Under the pieces are notes generated by a model. The model was not told where the DNA came from. It was given only the letters and a program-made list of their open reading frames with translations, and searched no databases. From the IMG/VR virus record IMGVR_UViG_3300025668_000745, positions 20,644 to 84,643 of that record: 64,000 bases of DNA; one strand, given 5' to 3'. A program made the translations under genes and the position numbers. The stretch comes from a virus. This document shows, in pieces, positions 1 to 10,958 of the stretch. The stretch's first letter is position 1. Each line of letters opens with the position of its first letter.

Positions 1-1
1 A

Positions 2-3000
2 TTGGTTTATAATAATAAAAATGCTGTTATAGATAATATATTTGATCCGTTTTACGGAAATGAAATATTTAAAGCAGACGGTACAAAATTAGACAGAAGC
101 ACACTTTCTACATACAGACAAAATAGTGAATTTGTCATTGAAACAAAAACTAATGACGGATTGTATTTCTGTAAATTGTATCCAATACAAAAAGAACATG
201 TATTAGTATTAGACAATCGAACAAAATTTAAAGATTATATTTACGATCCAGCAATGGGCTATAGACAAGATAGAGTTAAAATATTAGGTTATAGAACAAG
301 TGACTGGAATGGCGGTTTTGATATACCTGGTTTTGTTTACGATAATATTAAAGTTACATCTTGGGAAAGTTACAAAGATTATAAAATTGGCGACACAATT
401 AAATTTAAAGAGTACTATTATGTTGCAGATAAAAATATAACAGGTACAGAAACGTTTGACGCAAGTGTTTGGGTACAATTATCCGAAGCACCAACACCTA
501 AACTAAAACCTAATTGGGATTATCGATCAGCACAATTTGCAGACTTTTATGATCTGGATACTGATAATTTTGATACTGAACAACAAAAGTTAGCACAGCA
601 TTTGATAGGCTATCAGCCAAGAAAGTATCTTGAAAATATTATTAATGATGAAGTTTCTCAGTATAAATTTTATCAAGGTATGATAAGAGAAAAGGGTACT
701 AAGAATAGTTTAACAAAATTATTTGATAGTTTAGGAAAATCTGATAAAGATAGTCTAAAGTTTTACGAAGAATGGGCAGTACGTACAGGTCAATACGGAG
801 CAGTTGATAATTTTAGAGAAGTAGAATACTTAATTGACGAGCAAAAATATATTTTACAACCACAACCTGTAAAATTAACTAATTTAATTAGTGCGTCAGA
901 CACATCTTTAGTATACAAAATACCAGAAGCTGATGTTTATACTAAACCGTTAGACTATAATCATAGCAATTCTTTTGTTAGTAAAACTGATTACTCACAA
1001 TTTTTAAAAGATGCAGGTTATGTTGCTGAGGAAGATGTCGCTTTTGTAATAAAAGAAATAGACGAAATTTTAAATTTAGATTTTTCACAAGTAACAAGAT
1101 CATCATATATTTGGGTATCTAATAATAATGGTGACTGGGACATACTAAAGCCAACGAAAACAGAACTTGTAATAGAAAGTATTACAAGTGAAGCTCGAGA
1201 AATAACTTTTGATACTAATATACAAGTTACTGATATAAAAGTAAATGATTATATTGGCGTTTATGGTATTGTAGAAGATGCAGGTCTTATTAATGACGAT
1301 AAAATAGGAAGATGTTTTAAAGTTAAGAAAATACAAGGAAGTGCAATTACAGTAGATAGTATTGCGCAGGCTCCTGAATCAATTACTACAGGAAGTGCAT
1401 TTATATACAAATTTGTGTCATATAGAACAAAAGATATAGAAACATTTAACAATAATCTTAATTCAAATTATCTAACAACTAATGATAAAGTTTGGATCGA
1501 CAGTGTTGACAACAGTAAGTGGAATGTAGTTTCTAATACTAATCCGTACTATCAACATCAAGAAATAACTACTGAGCTTACATTTAAAGATGCTTGGGTA
1601 GCAGATACTCGATATAAGAGAAATGACATTGTGTTGTTTAGCGGAGATCGTTATGTTGCTATTAACGAAGTTACCAGTGCAGTTGATCCAAGTGCGGATA
1701 CAACAAACTGGCAATTAACAGAGTTTGTTGCAGACGGATTTGGTAGTAAAGTAGTAAGTGGTAAAAAGAATCAAAATGTATTTGTACTTGCGCAAGATTC
1801 GTACAACGGATTAGGCACTATTTTCTATTATCAAAGAAACAGCGAAACTTTAAATTTAGCATATATGAATAAGTTTGAGTCATTAGAAGAATATGCTACT
1901 AACTTTAAATATGATAACATTGCAGTCAGCGACGACGAAGAAATCGTTGTTGTGTCGTCAAGCCAAGCATCAAATGTAAAAACAAATTATAAAGGTCTGT
2001 TTAATGATGCTGCACCTGGCGGAACTTATGTAGAAGGCGATATTGTAGAATATCAAGATACATTGTGGAAGTTTAATGCAGATTATATAGACGATGCAAG
2101 TACATTGTTTACTGAAGTTCAAGATGTAGTACCAGTCAACAACATACCTGTAGAAAGTTTAGGATCTACAAGTTACGGAACTTATAACGAACAGGGTGTA
2201 ATTTTTGTTTATAAAAAATCCGGACCAAGATCATACGCTTTAGTTAATAGTACAATTAGTAGACGTCCGCAACTTTCTGAATTTTTTGGTAAAGAAGTAG
2301 TTATAACACAAAAAGACGGAACATACGAATTATTTGTAAGTGCTCCAGGTACAAATACAAATAGAATATACTTTTTAAAATATGACGGCGAAAACAATAT
2401 TTTAAGTTATAATGAAGACAGAAGATACAAAGGTCAATTTGACGAAAATAAAAGTTATAGAAAAGGTGACATTGTTCAATTACTTGTAGAAGGCCAGTCA
2501 GCACAACAAGGGCAGCAACTATTTGTAGCAAACAATACATTACCTGCACAGACATTTTCATCTGATAATTGGAAATTACAAGACCCAGATATAAACTACT
2601 TAGAGTATGTTCCTAATACGTTATTTCCTGTTTTAAATGACGATAGTACTGTTCTATCTGATGAAGAAAAAGAAAACTTCGGAGATTCATTTGCTGTATC
2701 AAGTAACGGAGAAGTATTAGCAGTAGGTATATCAAATTATGCAAAATACGATAACGAAGCAACTTATTTAACTGGTGACATTGTAAGTAATAATGGAAAA
2801 ACTTACGAAGCAGTTTCGTCTGTGCCTCCTGTAGTTGAACGAATAATATATTTAGATAGTGATGGAATTAGCACAAAAGTTGATATTGCTCCAGGAAGTA
2901 TTCTTACTCAAGCAAATACTAACGCAACTGGCGTTGTAAAAAACTTAGTTGTTGATAGTAATAGAATTTTGCTTACTGAAGTTTCTGGAGTATTTGATAC

Positions 3001-6000
3001 TCAATCCGGTAATGAAGTTACAGTTACAACAACAGACAGTTCTCAATTAGAAGATACCCCATCTGGTAGATTTATCGGAGAGGTTGTAAATGTTCCTAAT
3101 GCAGACACTACAAATACAAGTGCTTGGAGAGAAATTGCCGCAGAAAAAGTTGCAATTTACAGAAAAAATAATACAAGATTTGCATTAGCACAAGTAATTA
3201 ATGGCACAGTTGAAAATCAAGGCTTTGGCTCAAAGATTGAAATATCAGATGACGGAAATACTTTATTGATAGGTGCACCGTTAGCTGATGTAAACAATTA
3301 CGACGATAGCGGAAAGATTTATGTTTACAAATGGCAGTTACAAAACTGGACATTAACACAGACAATTGAAGCACCGCAAGATTTAAGAAATCAAAAGTTT
3401 GGTGATAAGTTTTCGTTTAATGAAGACACTCTTTTTGTAATAACAGAAGGTACTTATAAGTTTGATAACGAAGTTACAGACATAACACTTGATGGTAACT
3501 TTACAAGATTTGGAGAAAAAAGCAATAACTCAACTAATCTACATGTTTATGATAATTTACAAGGCGGCTTACTTTATGCTGGTAAAATTATTTTAGATAA
3601 AGTTACTAACTTTGTTGATTATAGTGTATATGCAAAAAATAATCATGTTTATATTGGACTTCCGTATGCAGGACCTGTTAATGATTATGGTAAAGTATTT
3701 GATATCCGACGCCAGGTAAACACAACAAGCTGGAAAGTAGATAAACAACAAACAGATATTATAGATACTACAAAATTAAAAACAGTATTTGCATACAATA
3801 AAGATACTAAAAAACTAATAAGTGATATAGATTATATTGATGTATTGCAAGGCAAAATTGCTGCTCCGTTAGAACAGGAAATTAACTTTAAAACACATTA
3901 TGATCCTGCAATTTATGATATAGGAAATGATAGCGTTGTTGTAGATAGCAATCAAAGTTGGGCTGAAAGATACATAGGAACAGTTTGGTGGAACTTATCA
4001 ACAAGTAAATTTTATAATCCTTATCAAGGCGATGTATTATATAAAACAAATTATTGGAACAAAATATTTCCAGGTTATAACGTAGAAGTATGTGAATGGG
4101 TCGAAAGTAATTATATACCGAGTCAGTGGGATAGTTTATCCGGAACATCTGAAGGATTTGCGCAAGGTATAACAGGTGATACAAAATACGGTGATGATGT
4201 TTATGCTACTGGAAGAAAATATGATCCAGAGGCACAAGCATTTACAACAAAATATTATTATTGGGTTGCTCAGAAGAAAACATTACCTAACAATAATTCA
4301 TATAGAAAACTAACAGCGCAAGAAATTGCGTTAATGATCGAAGATCCTGCAGGACAAGGATATCGCTTTGTAGCATTATTAGACAATGACGAATTTGCAA
4401 TGTTTAATCTTAAAGGACTAATTAGTGGTAAAACTACAGCACTTAATTTTAGTTACTATGTAAAAGACAATATTAATACAAATATTCATACACAGTATAA
4501 AATATTTACAGACGGGCTTGCAACAAGTGTGCCATCAAACGACTTACAAGAAAAATGGTTTGATAGTTTAATTGGGTATGACAAGTTTTTTAGAGATGTG
4601 CCTAACAAAGATCTATCAGAAAAGCAAAAATACGGAACATTAAACACACCTCGACAGTCGATGTTTAAGAATAAATTTGAAGCTCGTAAACAATTTTTTG
4701 AAAGAGTAAATTATGAATTAAACAAACGGATAATATTAGATGATTACGATTTATCTAATTTACTGTTAAGCGATATCGAGCCTGACTTTAAAGAAAATAA
4801 GTATGATGTAGCTATTGATAATAATTTGCAATTAGAAACTATTAGTTTAGATAATAAAACTACAGCTGAGATATCAATAGAATTAGTTGATGGTAAAATT
4901 AATAAAGTAAAAATTACAAATCCTGGTATTGGGTATGTAACAGCACCAAGTGTAACTATCGGAGGTGACGGACAACAGGCTGTTTTAGAAACTGAAATTA
5001 CAGATGGTAAAGTAACTAATGTTATAATCAAAAACAAAGGCAAAAACTATAATACTATTAGTGCAGTAGTTAGACCGTATACAGTTTTAATTCGAGCAGA
5101 TAATACAGTAGAAAACAAATGGTCGTTGTATAGTTATGATTATGTTGAATTTACGTGGAAAAGAATAACAGGACAGCAATATGATAATACATTATACTGG
5201 TCTTATAAAGATTGGTATGCAGCAACCGTAAGTGAATTAACATCTATTGATTACGTTGTAGAAAATAATTATGAATTAGAATTACTAAGTGATAAAATTG
5301 GTGATATTATCAAGATTCAAACTATCGGAACTGGCGGCTGGCTGTTATTAAGAAAGGTTGATAATACTAATACTGACACAAGTATTGATTATGAAACTAT
5401 AGGTAGACAAAACGGCACAATAGAATTTAATAAAAGTTTATGGGACTATAATCAGCAACAAATTGGTTTTGACTTAGAAAGTTTTGACACTCAGTTATAT
5501 GATAACGAACCTGTTAGAGAATTAAGAAATATTTTAAATGCTTTGGCAAATAATATATTTGTAGATAATTTACGTCTTGAATGGAATCAATTATTCTTAG
5601 CAGGTATTCGTTATGTATTTACAGAACAGCGATATGTAGACTGGGCGTTTAAAACAAGTTTTGTAAAAGCAGAACATAGACTTGGAGAATTTGAGCAAAA
5701 AATTACATTCCAAAATGATAATTTATCCAGCTACGAAGATTATGTACGTGAAGTAAAACCTTATAAAACTAAAATTAGAGAATATTTAAGTACATATGAA
5801 AAGGTAACTAATACAAATACATTAGTAACAGACTTTGATCTTATGCCGTTGTTTAATCCTATTAGTGGTAAAATTGAACCTTTAAATATTAAATTACAAC
5901 AAGGACAGATATTTGTACAAGAAGGAAAAGCCGACAGCGTTAATAGGAACTGGGCAAATAATGTAGGGTTTCAAGTTGAAGAAATCAACGTTTATGATGG

Positions 6001-9000
6001 CGGAAGAGGATATACTTACACACCTAAAGTTACAATAGAAAGCGTTTCGGGTACAGGCGCCGAGGCAAGAGCAATAATGCGTAACGGCGAAATTCTTAAA
6101 ATTGAAGTACTAAAATCTGGCACAGGATATTTGACACAGCCACAAGTAGTTATTGAACAACCGACTGGTGAAGATGCAATTAATCCTGTAATTGTTGCAC
6201 GTATTGGAACAGGACTTCCTCGAGCATTTACAAATAAAATTAAATTTGATAGAATATCAGCATTGTCAGATTACGATAGTATATCTGTTGTTGATGAAAC
6301 ATTTACAGGAGTTTCAAATTCACAAATTTATAATCTTGAAAATTCTATGGATTTAAATAAAGCAAATGTTTTAGTAAAAATTGACGGTATTGAATTGTTA
6401 TCAAGTGAATATACTTTTGGCAATACTACAGAAGTTGGTACTACAACATTAAGAGATACTTATGATCTTACAACTGGCAACAATTATTATAATAACTTTA
6501 ATAGCTTAATAACAAGCGGTACAGATGTTGAACATGGATTTATTAACTTAACAAATACTCCTGCACAAGATAGTGTAATAACAGTTTCATATAAGAGATC
6601 AGTTGATTCGTTAAATGTAGCAGATAGAATTAGTAATTACTATAAGCCGGCTGTTGGAATGTATGGCAATGAGTTAACTCAATTAATGGAAGGTGTTGAC
6701 TACGGAGGCGTAGAAGTTACGTCATTTAACTTTGAAACAGAAAATATTGTAGGATGGGACCAAGGTGCATGGGATACAGTTGCATGGTCAACTTATACTG
6801 AAACTGGCGATGAATTTACATTTTTAAGTGACGGTATTACAACATCGTTTACACTACCGGAAGGATCAACACTTGAACAGGATGTAGAATATAATGTTTA
6901 TATTAATAGTGTGAGAATTGACGCACCTGATTTTGTAGCAGGCACAGATGAAATTCCTGGCACAGATGAAATTCCTGGTAGTCCGGCAGATGCAGAATAC
7001 AACAACGGAGCAATTAGTAATGTTACTGGTGCCGGTAGTGATTTCTTCAAACGTGAAGTTACAACCAACGGCGTAAGAATTATGGGTGCTGGCACAGTAG
7101 GTGGGCAAACAGCAGTTCCAGATGCGTGGTTAGAAAAGGTAGCACGTATGTTTGAATTGTTTTTAGATCCAACCGGCGCAGGTATTAACGAAGCATTCCA
7201 AAGAAACTTAATTAAAACATTAAGTGGTGATGCAGGAACTTGGCACGAAGGATTACCGACACTACAACGAGTGGCAAGAGGCGCAGGAGCAGATTATACT
7301 CCAAACTTCCTAACTGACGCAGGTGTTATTAGTTGGAACTTAACTCCATTGTTTGATACTCACGTTGCTAACGATATGGTTTGGTACTTGAACTCAACCG
7401 GTGACGGATACGGCGTTGGTGAGATCGACGCACAAGAAGTTATTGAACACGTATTCCACACACTACATATGCACGGTCTAACAGACGATATAAAACTGTA
7501 TTCATACATTAGTGCAGATTGGGCAACTGGTCCATTATATGCAGCAATGGAAGAAGCATTTGACGCAGGCAAGTGGGATCCATCAGGTTACCAAGCAAAT
7601 CCAGATGATTGGAAAACAGATGCAGATGCATTTGAAGTGGCAGCAAAAGAATATATGTTCTTGTTAAACTTTGCTATGTTTGATTACACTGGGCTATGGG
7701 ACGGCGACAGTCTTGCTCCTGAGTGGGCAGATGATGTACGTACCCCTGCACAAATCCAAACAACACTTCCAGTAAGTTATGCGTTCTTTAATACATACAT
7801 TGCTCCGGTTATTAGTAAGCCTTCATTAGCAACTATTAATAGCATATTTGGAGACGGCAATACACCAGCACAAGACGATCCAAGTTTATCAGGAGCATCA
7901 GGTTATGTTGTTGATGCGCTTGTAGGAGGAACTGACGCAGTTGCAGCTATTCCTGGTGTACCCGGAACATCGGCTACTAATGAAGATGCATTTATGCTTA
8001 CGATTACAGGTAACGGTACTAATGTATTTGAATTCCCAGATGCAGCAGAATTCCAAGCATATGTGAGTGATAAGCCTGATGCAGAAATTACTTTACGAAA
8101 AGAAACATTTGACGGAGGAACACTACCGGATGAAACATCGTATGACACTTTATTAACAGGTGGTGATTTAGCATATGCTTCAGCAACTGGTGTTGCATCA
8201 GAAGATATTGTAATTGACGGTGACGGATTTGTTACAATAGCTACAAGTGCAGGACCTGAAGAAGTTGTTCCTGGACATGTTGCAGATACTCTTGATATAA
8301 GAGTTTACAATAGGCCTGATGATGGCGGCAATGTAATTACTACAAGGACATATACATATACTGATACTTCTACTTTTGATATTGGGTTAAATCCGTCATC
8401 AACTGAAGGATTCATTGTAAAAATTAATAAACTTATTGTTGATAGTACAAATTATACTCTTGACTTTGCACAACGTCAAGTTACTATTACAATGCCACTT
8501 TCGGCTAACGACGAAGTAACAATATATTCAATAAGCGGCGGCGCAAGTAATATATTAGATGTTGATAATTTTATTGCAGATGGTAGTACAAGTGAATATA
8601 TTACGAATGTATTATATAGAGAAGATGCAAATGCATTAGTAACAGTAAATGGTACTGAAGTTATATTTGAAATATTTAAAACTGACAGCAGTTATGGCAG
8701 TGAAGCTAATTTAATTGGTATTAGATTTGGTGAAGCACCAGTTGCAAATGATTATATTTATTTTGCAATAGTAGCAGGAACAACTATTCCACACTCACAA
8801 GTTAAGATACAAAACTTTACTGGCGACGGATCATCTACACAATTTTTGTTAGAACAATTACCGTATACACTAACTACACCAGTTTACACAAATACTATTA
8901 TTAATGTAGGCGATGTATTCTTAAATCAAGGATATAATAAAAAGTTTACAGTCAACAATGCATTAAACCAATATCAACTTGATGTATGGCAAATACCTAC

Positions 9001-10321
9001 AGGAAGTTTTGATATACAATCTGCAAAAGTGTTTGTAAATAATACATTGTTAGCTTATGAAACTGAGTTTTTATGGGACGAGACGACTAATATATTCTCA
9101 CTTGTGGCAGGTACTGCCCAAGATGGCGATGATTTAAAAATCTTTATTTTAGGTGAAGAAGAATTTAGTATAGACACTACAAATAATCTAACAACATTAG
9201 TATTAGGAAGTGCAGCAGCACTTGATACAAATATTGTAGTGTATTCATTAGGCGACGATAGAACTCAATTATTTGAAAGATTCCATTACGATATTGCAAT
9301 TGATCAAAGTGTATCAACTGAATCGGCTCAATTTAAATTATATCAAAGACTAAAGTCAGGAAAGATCAAATTAAGAAATAAAGCAGCAAGTCCTGATTTT
9401 GTTTGGGTATTTGTTAATGGCATATTACAAACACCAAATCTTGATTATGTATTATCTGAAGAAATGAACGAAGTAATATATAAAGAATCATTACAATTAA
9501 ATGACAAAATAGAAGTATTAGAATTTACTACTGGAGGAATTGGCCGTAGATTTGGTTATAGAGTATTCAAAGATGTCACAAATAAAACTATTTACAAACG
9601 TCTTACAGATGACAGAATATATAAAGTAGCAAAAGATTTTAATTTTTATGATAAAACACTTGAGCTTAATACAACTGCTGGTTTACCTACACCGAGTAAA
9701 GATGAGAACATTCCTGGAGTTGTGTTTATTGAAGGCGAAAGAATAGAATACTTTATTAAGTTAGGCAACACTTTACGTCAATTACGTAGAGGAACACGAG
9801 GTACTGGTGTAGGAGAATTATACACAGCTGATACACCAGTTACGGACCAGAGTTTCATCCATACTATTCCATATAATGATAATATAGAAGTAGTGAATGA
9901 AACAGGAGATGCTACATCGTATGAATATAACTTGCCATATGTACCTAATGTAGTATCTAATACATTGAACACATCAGCGTGGAATAGAAGTACTATACCA
10001 TTAACATTTGGACAGTGTAACGAAATAGAAGTATTTGTAGGAGGCAAAAGGTTGCATAAAGAGCCATATACAGTTTATGATGTAGTTACAAATACAAATA
10101 TTACTTATGAAGCAGAATTTTCTGTTAATGGGTATAACTATGGAACACAAGGTAACCCAATGGGAAGAGTTAGATTAACTAACCCTGCAGGCGACAATAC
10201 AAATGTAAAAATAGTTAGAAAAATAGGCAAAACTTGGATCAAAGATGGCGAAAAACTTTCAGATGCAAATAATTTAATAGCAAGATTTATAAGATCTACA
10301 ACACAGGGACTACCCGAATAA
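2..10321 (+). CDS. Giant virion structural protein (baseplate/tail-associated), 5'-truncated by the window edge
   Basis: 3439-aa ORF open from the window start. Contains W/Y-x4-Y-x2-GD-x-V carbohydrate-binding-like repeats, FG-x-x-V/I beta-propeller (FG-GAP-like) repeats, PGxGY/GGxGY repeats typical of T4-like baseplate proteins and repeated F-x-GDG-x-T beta modules. Lies upstream of tail-fibre genes. Confidence 0.75.
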   Translation: MVYNNKNAVIDNIFDPFYGNEIFKADGTKLDRSTLSTYRQNSEFVIETKTNDGLYFCKLYPIQKEHVLVLDNRTKFKDYIYDPAMGYRQDRVKILGYRTSDWNGGFDIPGFVYDNIKVTSWESYKDYKIGDTIKFKEYYYVADKNITGTETFDASVWVQLSEAPTPKLKPNWDYRSAQFADFYDLDTDNFDTEQQKLAQHLIGYQPRKYLENIINDEVSQYKFYQGMIREKGTKNSLTKLFDSLGKSDKDSLKFYEEWAVRTGQYGAVDNFREVEYLIDEQKYILQPQPVKLTNLISASDTSLVYKIPEADVYTKPLDYNHSNSFVSKTDYSQFLKDAGYVAEEDVAFVIKEIDEILNLDFSQVTRSSYIWVSNNNGDWDILKPTKTELVIESITSEAREITFDTNIQVTDIKVNDYIGVYGIVEDAGLINDDKIGRCFKVKKIQGSAITVDSIAQAPESITTGSAFIYKFVSYRTKDIETFNNNLNSNYLTTNDKVWIDSVDNSKWNVVSNTNPYYQHQEITTELTFKDAWVADTRYKRNDIVLFSGDRYVAINEVTSAVDPSADTTNWQLTEFVADGFGSKVVSGKKNQNVFVLAQDSYNGLGTIFYYQRNSETLNLAYMNKFESLEEYATNFKYDNIAVSDDEEIVVVSSSQASNVKTNYKGLFNDAAPGGTYVEGDIVEYQDTLWKFNADYIDDASTLFTEVQDVVPVNNIPVESLGSTSYGTYNEQGVIFVYKKSGPRSYALVNSTISRRPQLSEFFGKEVVITQKDGTYELFVSAPGTNTNRIYFLKYDGENNILSYNEDRRYKGQFDENKSYRKGDIVQLLVEGQSAQQGQQLFVANNTLPAQTFSSDNWKLQDPDINYLEYVPNTLFPVLNDDSTVLSDEEKENFGDSFAVSSNGEVLAVGISNYAKYDNEATYLTGDIVSNNGKTYEAVSSVPPVVERIIYLDSDGISTKVDIAPGSILTQANTNATGVVKNLVVDSNRILLTEVSGVFDTQSGNEVTVTTTDSSQLEDTPSGRFIGEVVNVPNADTTNTSAWREIAAEKVAIYRKNNTRFALAQVINGTVENQGFGSKIEISDDGNTLLIGAPLADVNNYDDSGKIYVYKWQLQNWTLTQTIEAPQDLRNQKFGDKFSFNEDTLFVITEGTYKFDNEVTDITLDGNFTRFGEKSNNSTNLHVYDNLQGGLLYAGKIILDKVTNFVDYSVYAKNNHVYIGLPYAGPVNDYGKVFDIRRQVNTTSWKVDKQQTDIIDTTKLKTVFAYNKDTKKLISDIDYIDVLQGKIAAPLEQEINFKTHYDPAIYDIGNDSVVVDSNQSWAERYIGTVWWNLSTSKFYNPYQGDVLYKTNYWNKIFPGYNVEVCEWVESNYIPSQWDSLSGTSEGFAQGITGDTKYGDDVYATGRKYDPEAQAFTTKYYYWVAQKKTLPNNNSYRKLTAQEIALMIEDPAGQGYRFVALLDNDEFAMFNLKGLISGKTTALNFSYYVKDNINTNIHTQYKIFTDGLATSVPSNDLQEKWFDSLIGYDKFFRDVPNKDLSEKQKYGTLNTPRQSMFKNKFEARKQFFERVNYELNKRIILDDYDLSNLLLSDIEPDFKENKYDVAIDNNLQLETISLDNKTTAEISIELVDGKINKVKITNPGIGYVTAPSVTIGGDGQQAVLETEITDGKVTNVIIKNKGKNYNTISAVVRPYTVLIRADNTVENKWSLYSYDYVEFTWKRITGQQYDNTLYWSYKDWYAATVSELTSIDYVVENNYELELLSDKIGDIIKIQTIGTGGWLLLRKVDNTNTDTSIDYETIGRQNGTIEFNKSLWDYNQQQIGFDLESFDTQLYDNEPVRELRNILNALANNIFVDNLRLEWNQLFLAGIRYVFTEQRYVDWAFKTSFVKAEHRLGEFEQKITFQNDNLSSYEDYVREVKPYKTKIREYLSTYEKVTNTNTLVTDFDLMPLFNPISGKIEPLNIKLQQGQIFVQEGKADSVNRNWANNVGFQVEEINVYDGGRGYTYTPKVTIESVSGTGAEARAIMRNGEILKIEVLKSGTGYLTQPQVVIEQPTGEDAINPVIVARIGTGLPRAFTNKIKFDRISALSDYDSISVVDETFTGVSNSQIYNLENSMDLNKANVLVKIDGIELLSSEYTFGNTTEVGTTTLRDTYDLTTGNNYYNNFNSLITSGTDVEHGFINLTNTPAQDSVITVSYKRSVDSLNVADRISNYYKPAVGMYGNELTQLMEGVDYGGVEVTSFNFETENIVGWDQGAWDTVAWSTYTETGDEFTFLSDGITTSFTLPEGSTLEQDVEYNVYINSVRIDAPDFVAGTDEIPGTDEIPGSPADAEYNNGAISNVTGAGSDFFKREVTTNGVRIMGAGTVGGQTAVPDAWLEKVARMFELFLDPTGAGINEAFQRNLIKTLSGDAGTWHEGLPTLQRVARGAGADYTPNFLTDAGVISWNLTPLFDTHVANDMVWYLNSTGDGYGVGEIDAQEVIEHVFHTLHMHGLTDDIKLYSYISADWATGPLYAAMEEAFDAGKWDPSGYQANPDDWKTDADAFEVAAKEYMFLLNFAMFDYTGLWDGDSLAPEWADDVRTPAQIQTTLPVSYAFFNTYIAPVISKPSLATINSIFGDGNTPAQDDPSLSGASGYVVDALVGGTDAVAAIPGVPGTSATNEDAFMLTITGNGTNVFEFPDAAEFQAYVSDKPDAEITLRKETFDGGTLPDETSYDTLLTGGDLAYASATGVASEDIVIDGDGFVTIATSAGPEEVVPGHVADTLDIRVYNRPDDGGNVITTRTYTYTDTSTFDIGLNPSSTEGFIVKINKLIVDSTNYTLDFAQRQVTITMPLSANDEVTIYSISGGASNILDVDNFIADGSTSEYITNVLYREDANALVTVNGTEVIFEIFKTDSSYGSEANLIGIRFGEAPVANDYIYFAIVAGTTIPHSQVKIQNFTGDGSSTQFLLEQLPYTLTTPVYTNTIINVGDVFLNQGYNKKFTVNNALNQYQLDVWQIPTGSFDIQSAKVFVNNTLLAYETEFLWDETTNIFSLVAGTAQDGDDLKIFILGEEEFSIDTTNNLTTLVLGSAAALDTNIVVYSLGDDRTQLFERFHYDIAIDQSVSTESAQFKLYQRLKSGKIKLRNKAASPDFVWVFVNGILQTPNLDYVLSEEMNEVIYKESLQLNDKIEVLEFTTGGIGRRFGYRVFKDVTNKTIYKRLTDDRIYKVAKDFNFYDKTLELNTTAGLPTPSKDENIPGVVFIEGERIEYFIKLGNTLRQLRRGTRGTGVGELYTADTPVTDQSFIHTIPYNDNIEVVNETGDATSYEYNLPYVPNVVSNTLNTSAWNRSTIPLTFGQCNEIEVFVGGKRLHKEPYTVYDVVTNTNITYEAEFSVNGYNYGTQGNPMGRVRLTNPAGDNTNVKIVRKIGKTWIKDGEKLSDANNLIARFIRSTTQGLPE
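6941..6976 (+). repeat. Perfect 18-bp tandem duplication GGCACAGATGAAATTCCT x2 (GTDEIP-GTDEIP linker)
   Basis: Read directly from the sequence; marks the left edge of an apparent inserted domain. Confidence 0.95.
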
Positions 10322-10325
10322 ATAC
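10318..10325 (+). promoter_or_regulatory. T4-type late promoter motif ATAAATAC
   Basis: TAAATA core overlaps the stop codon of the giant ORF, 17 nt before the ATG at 10342; SD-like GAAGGA follows. Confidence 0.6.
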
Positions 10326-10341
10326 ATATAGGTGAAGGACT

Positions 10342-10956
10342 ATGATGAAACAAACAGATGAACACAGCGGCATTTACGTAAAAGGACACATCAAAATTAG
10401 TGATCCAGATTCGGGTGAAGTTTATATTGATAAACCAAATGCTATACACTATGAGAACATGAGTATTGCACTTGCTGAAAGTATCGGCAATGCAGGTCAA
10501 GGATTTATATTTGAAATGGCATTCGGCAACGGTGGCACAAATGTAGATCCAACAGGTATTATTACATACCTTACTCCAAACAGTACAGGAACAAATGCAA
10601 GTTTATATAAACAAACATTTTCGAAAGTTGTAGACGATAGGAGTGTTAATAATACAGATCCTATAAGAAATAAGATCGAAACAAGACACCTTAGCGGAAC
10701 TAATTACACCGATATTGTAATAAGTTGTTTATTAGATTACGGCGAGCCAGATGGTCAAGATGCATTTGACACAGCAACTAATACAGAAAGTTTATATGTA
10801 TTTGATGAATTAGGACTTAAAAGTTATTCACCTACTGGCGAAGGAAGATTACTTACACATGTTATTTTCCATCCTGTACAAAAGTCACTTAACAGACTTA
10901 TACAAATTGACTATACTGTAAGAGTACAAAGTTTAACAGGGTTTAACGAGGAGTAA
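10342..10956 (+). CDS. Virion structural protein (jumbo-phage baseplate region)
   Basis: 204 aa; motifs KGHIKI..NAIHYENMS, FDELGL and THVIFHPVQKSLNR..YTVR recalled from jumbo myophage structural modules; structural context and late promoter. Confidence 0.65.
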   Translation: MMKQTDEHSGIYVKGHIKISDPDSGEVYIDKPNAIHYENMSIALAESIGNAGQGFIFEMAFGNGGTNVDPTGIITYLTPNSTGTNASLYKQTFSKVVDDRSVNNTDPIRNKIETRHLSGTNYTDIVISCLLDYGEPDGQDAFDTATNTESLYVFDELGLKSYSPTGEGRLLTHVIFHPVQKSLNRLIQIDYTVRVQSLTGFNEE

Positions 10957-10958
10957 TA

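Noticed and set aside
6941-7978. Insert in the giant protein as an intein or intron
   Set aside because: No C/S start with HN-C/S/T end, no LAGLIDADG or HNH motif, and the reading frame is continuous; treated as a domain insertion.
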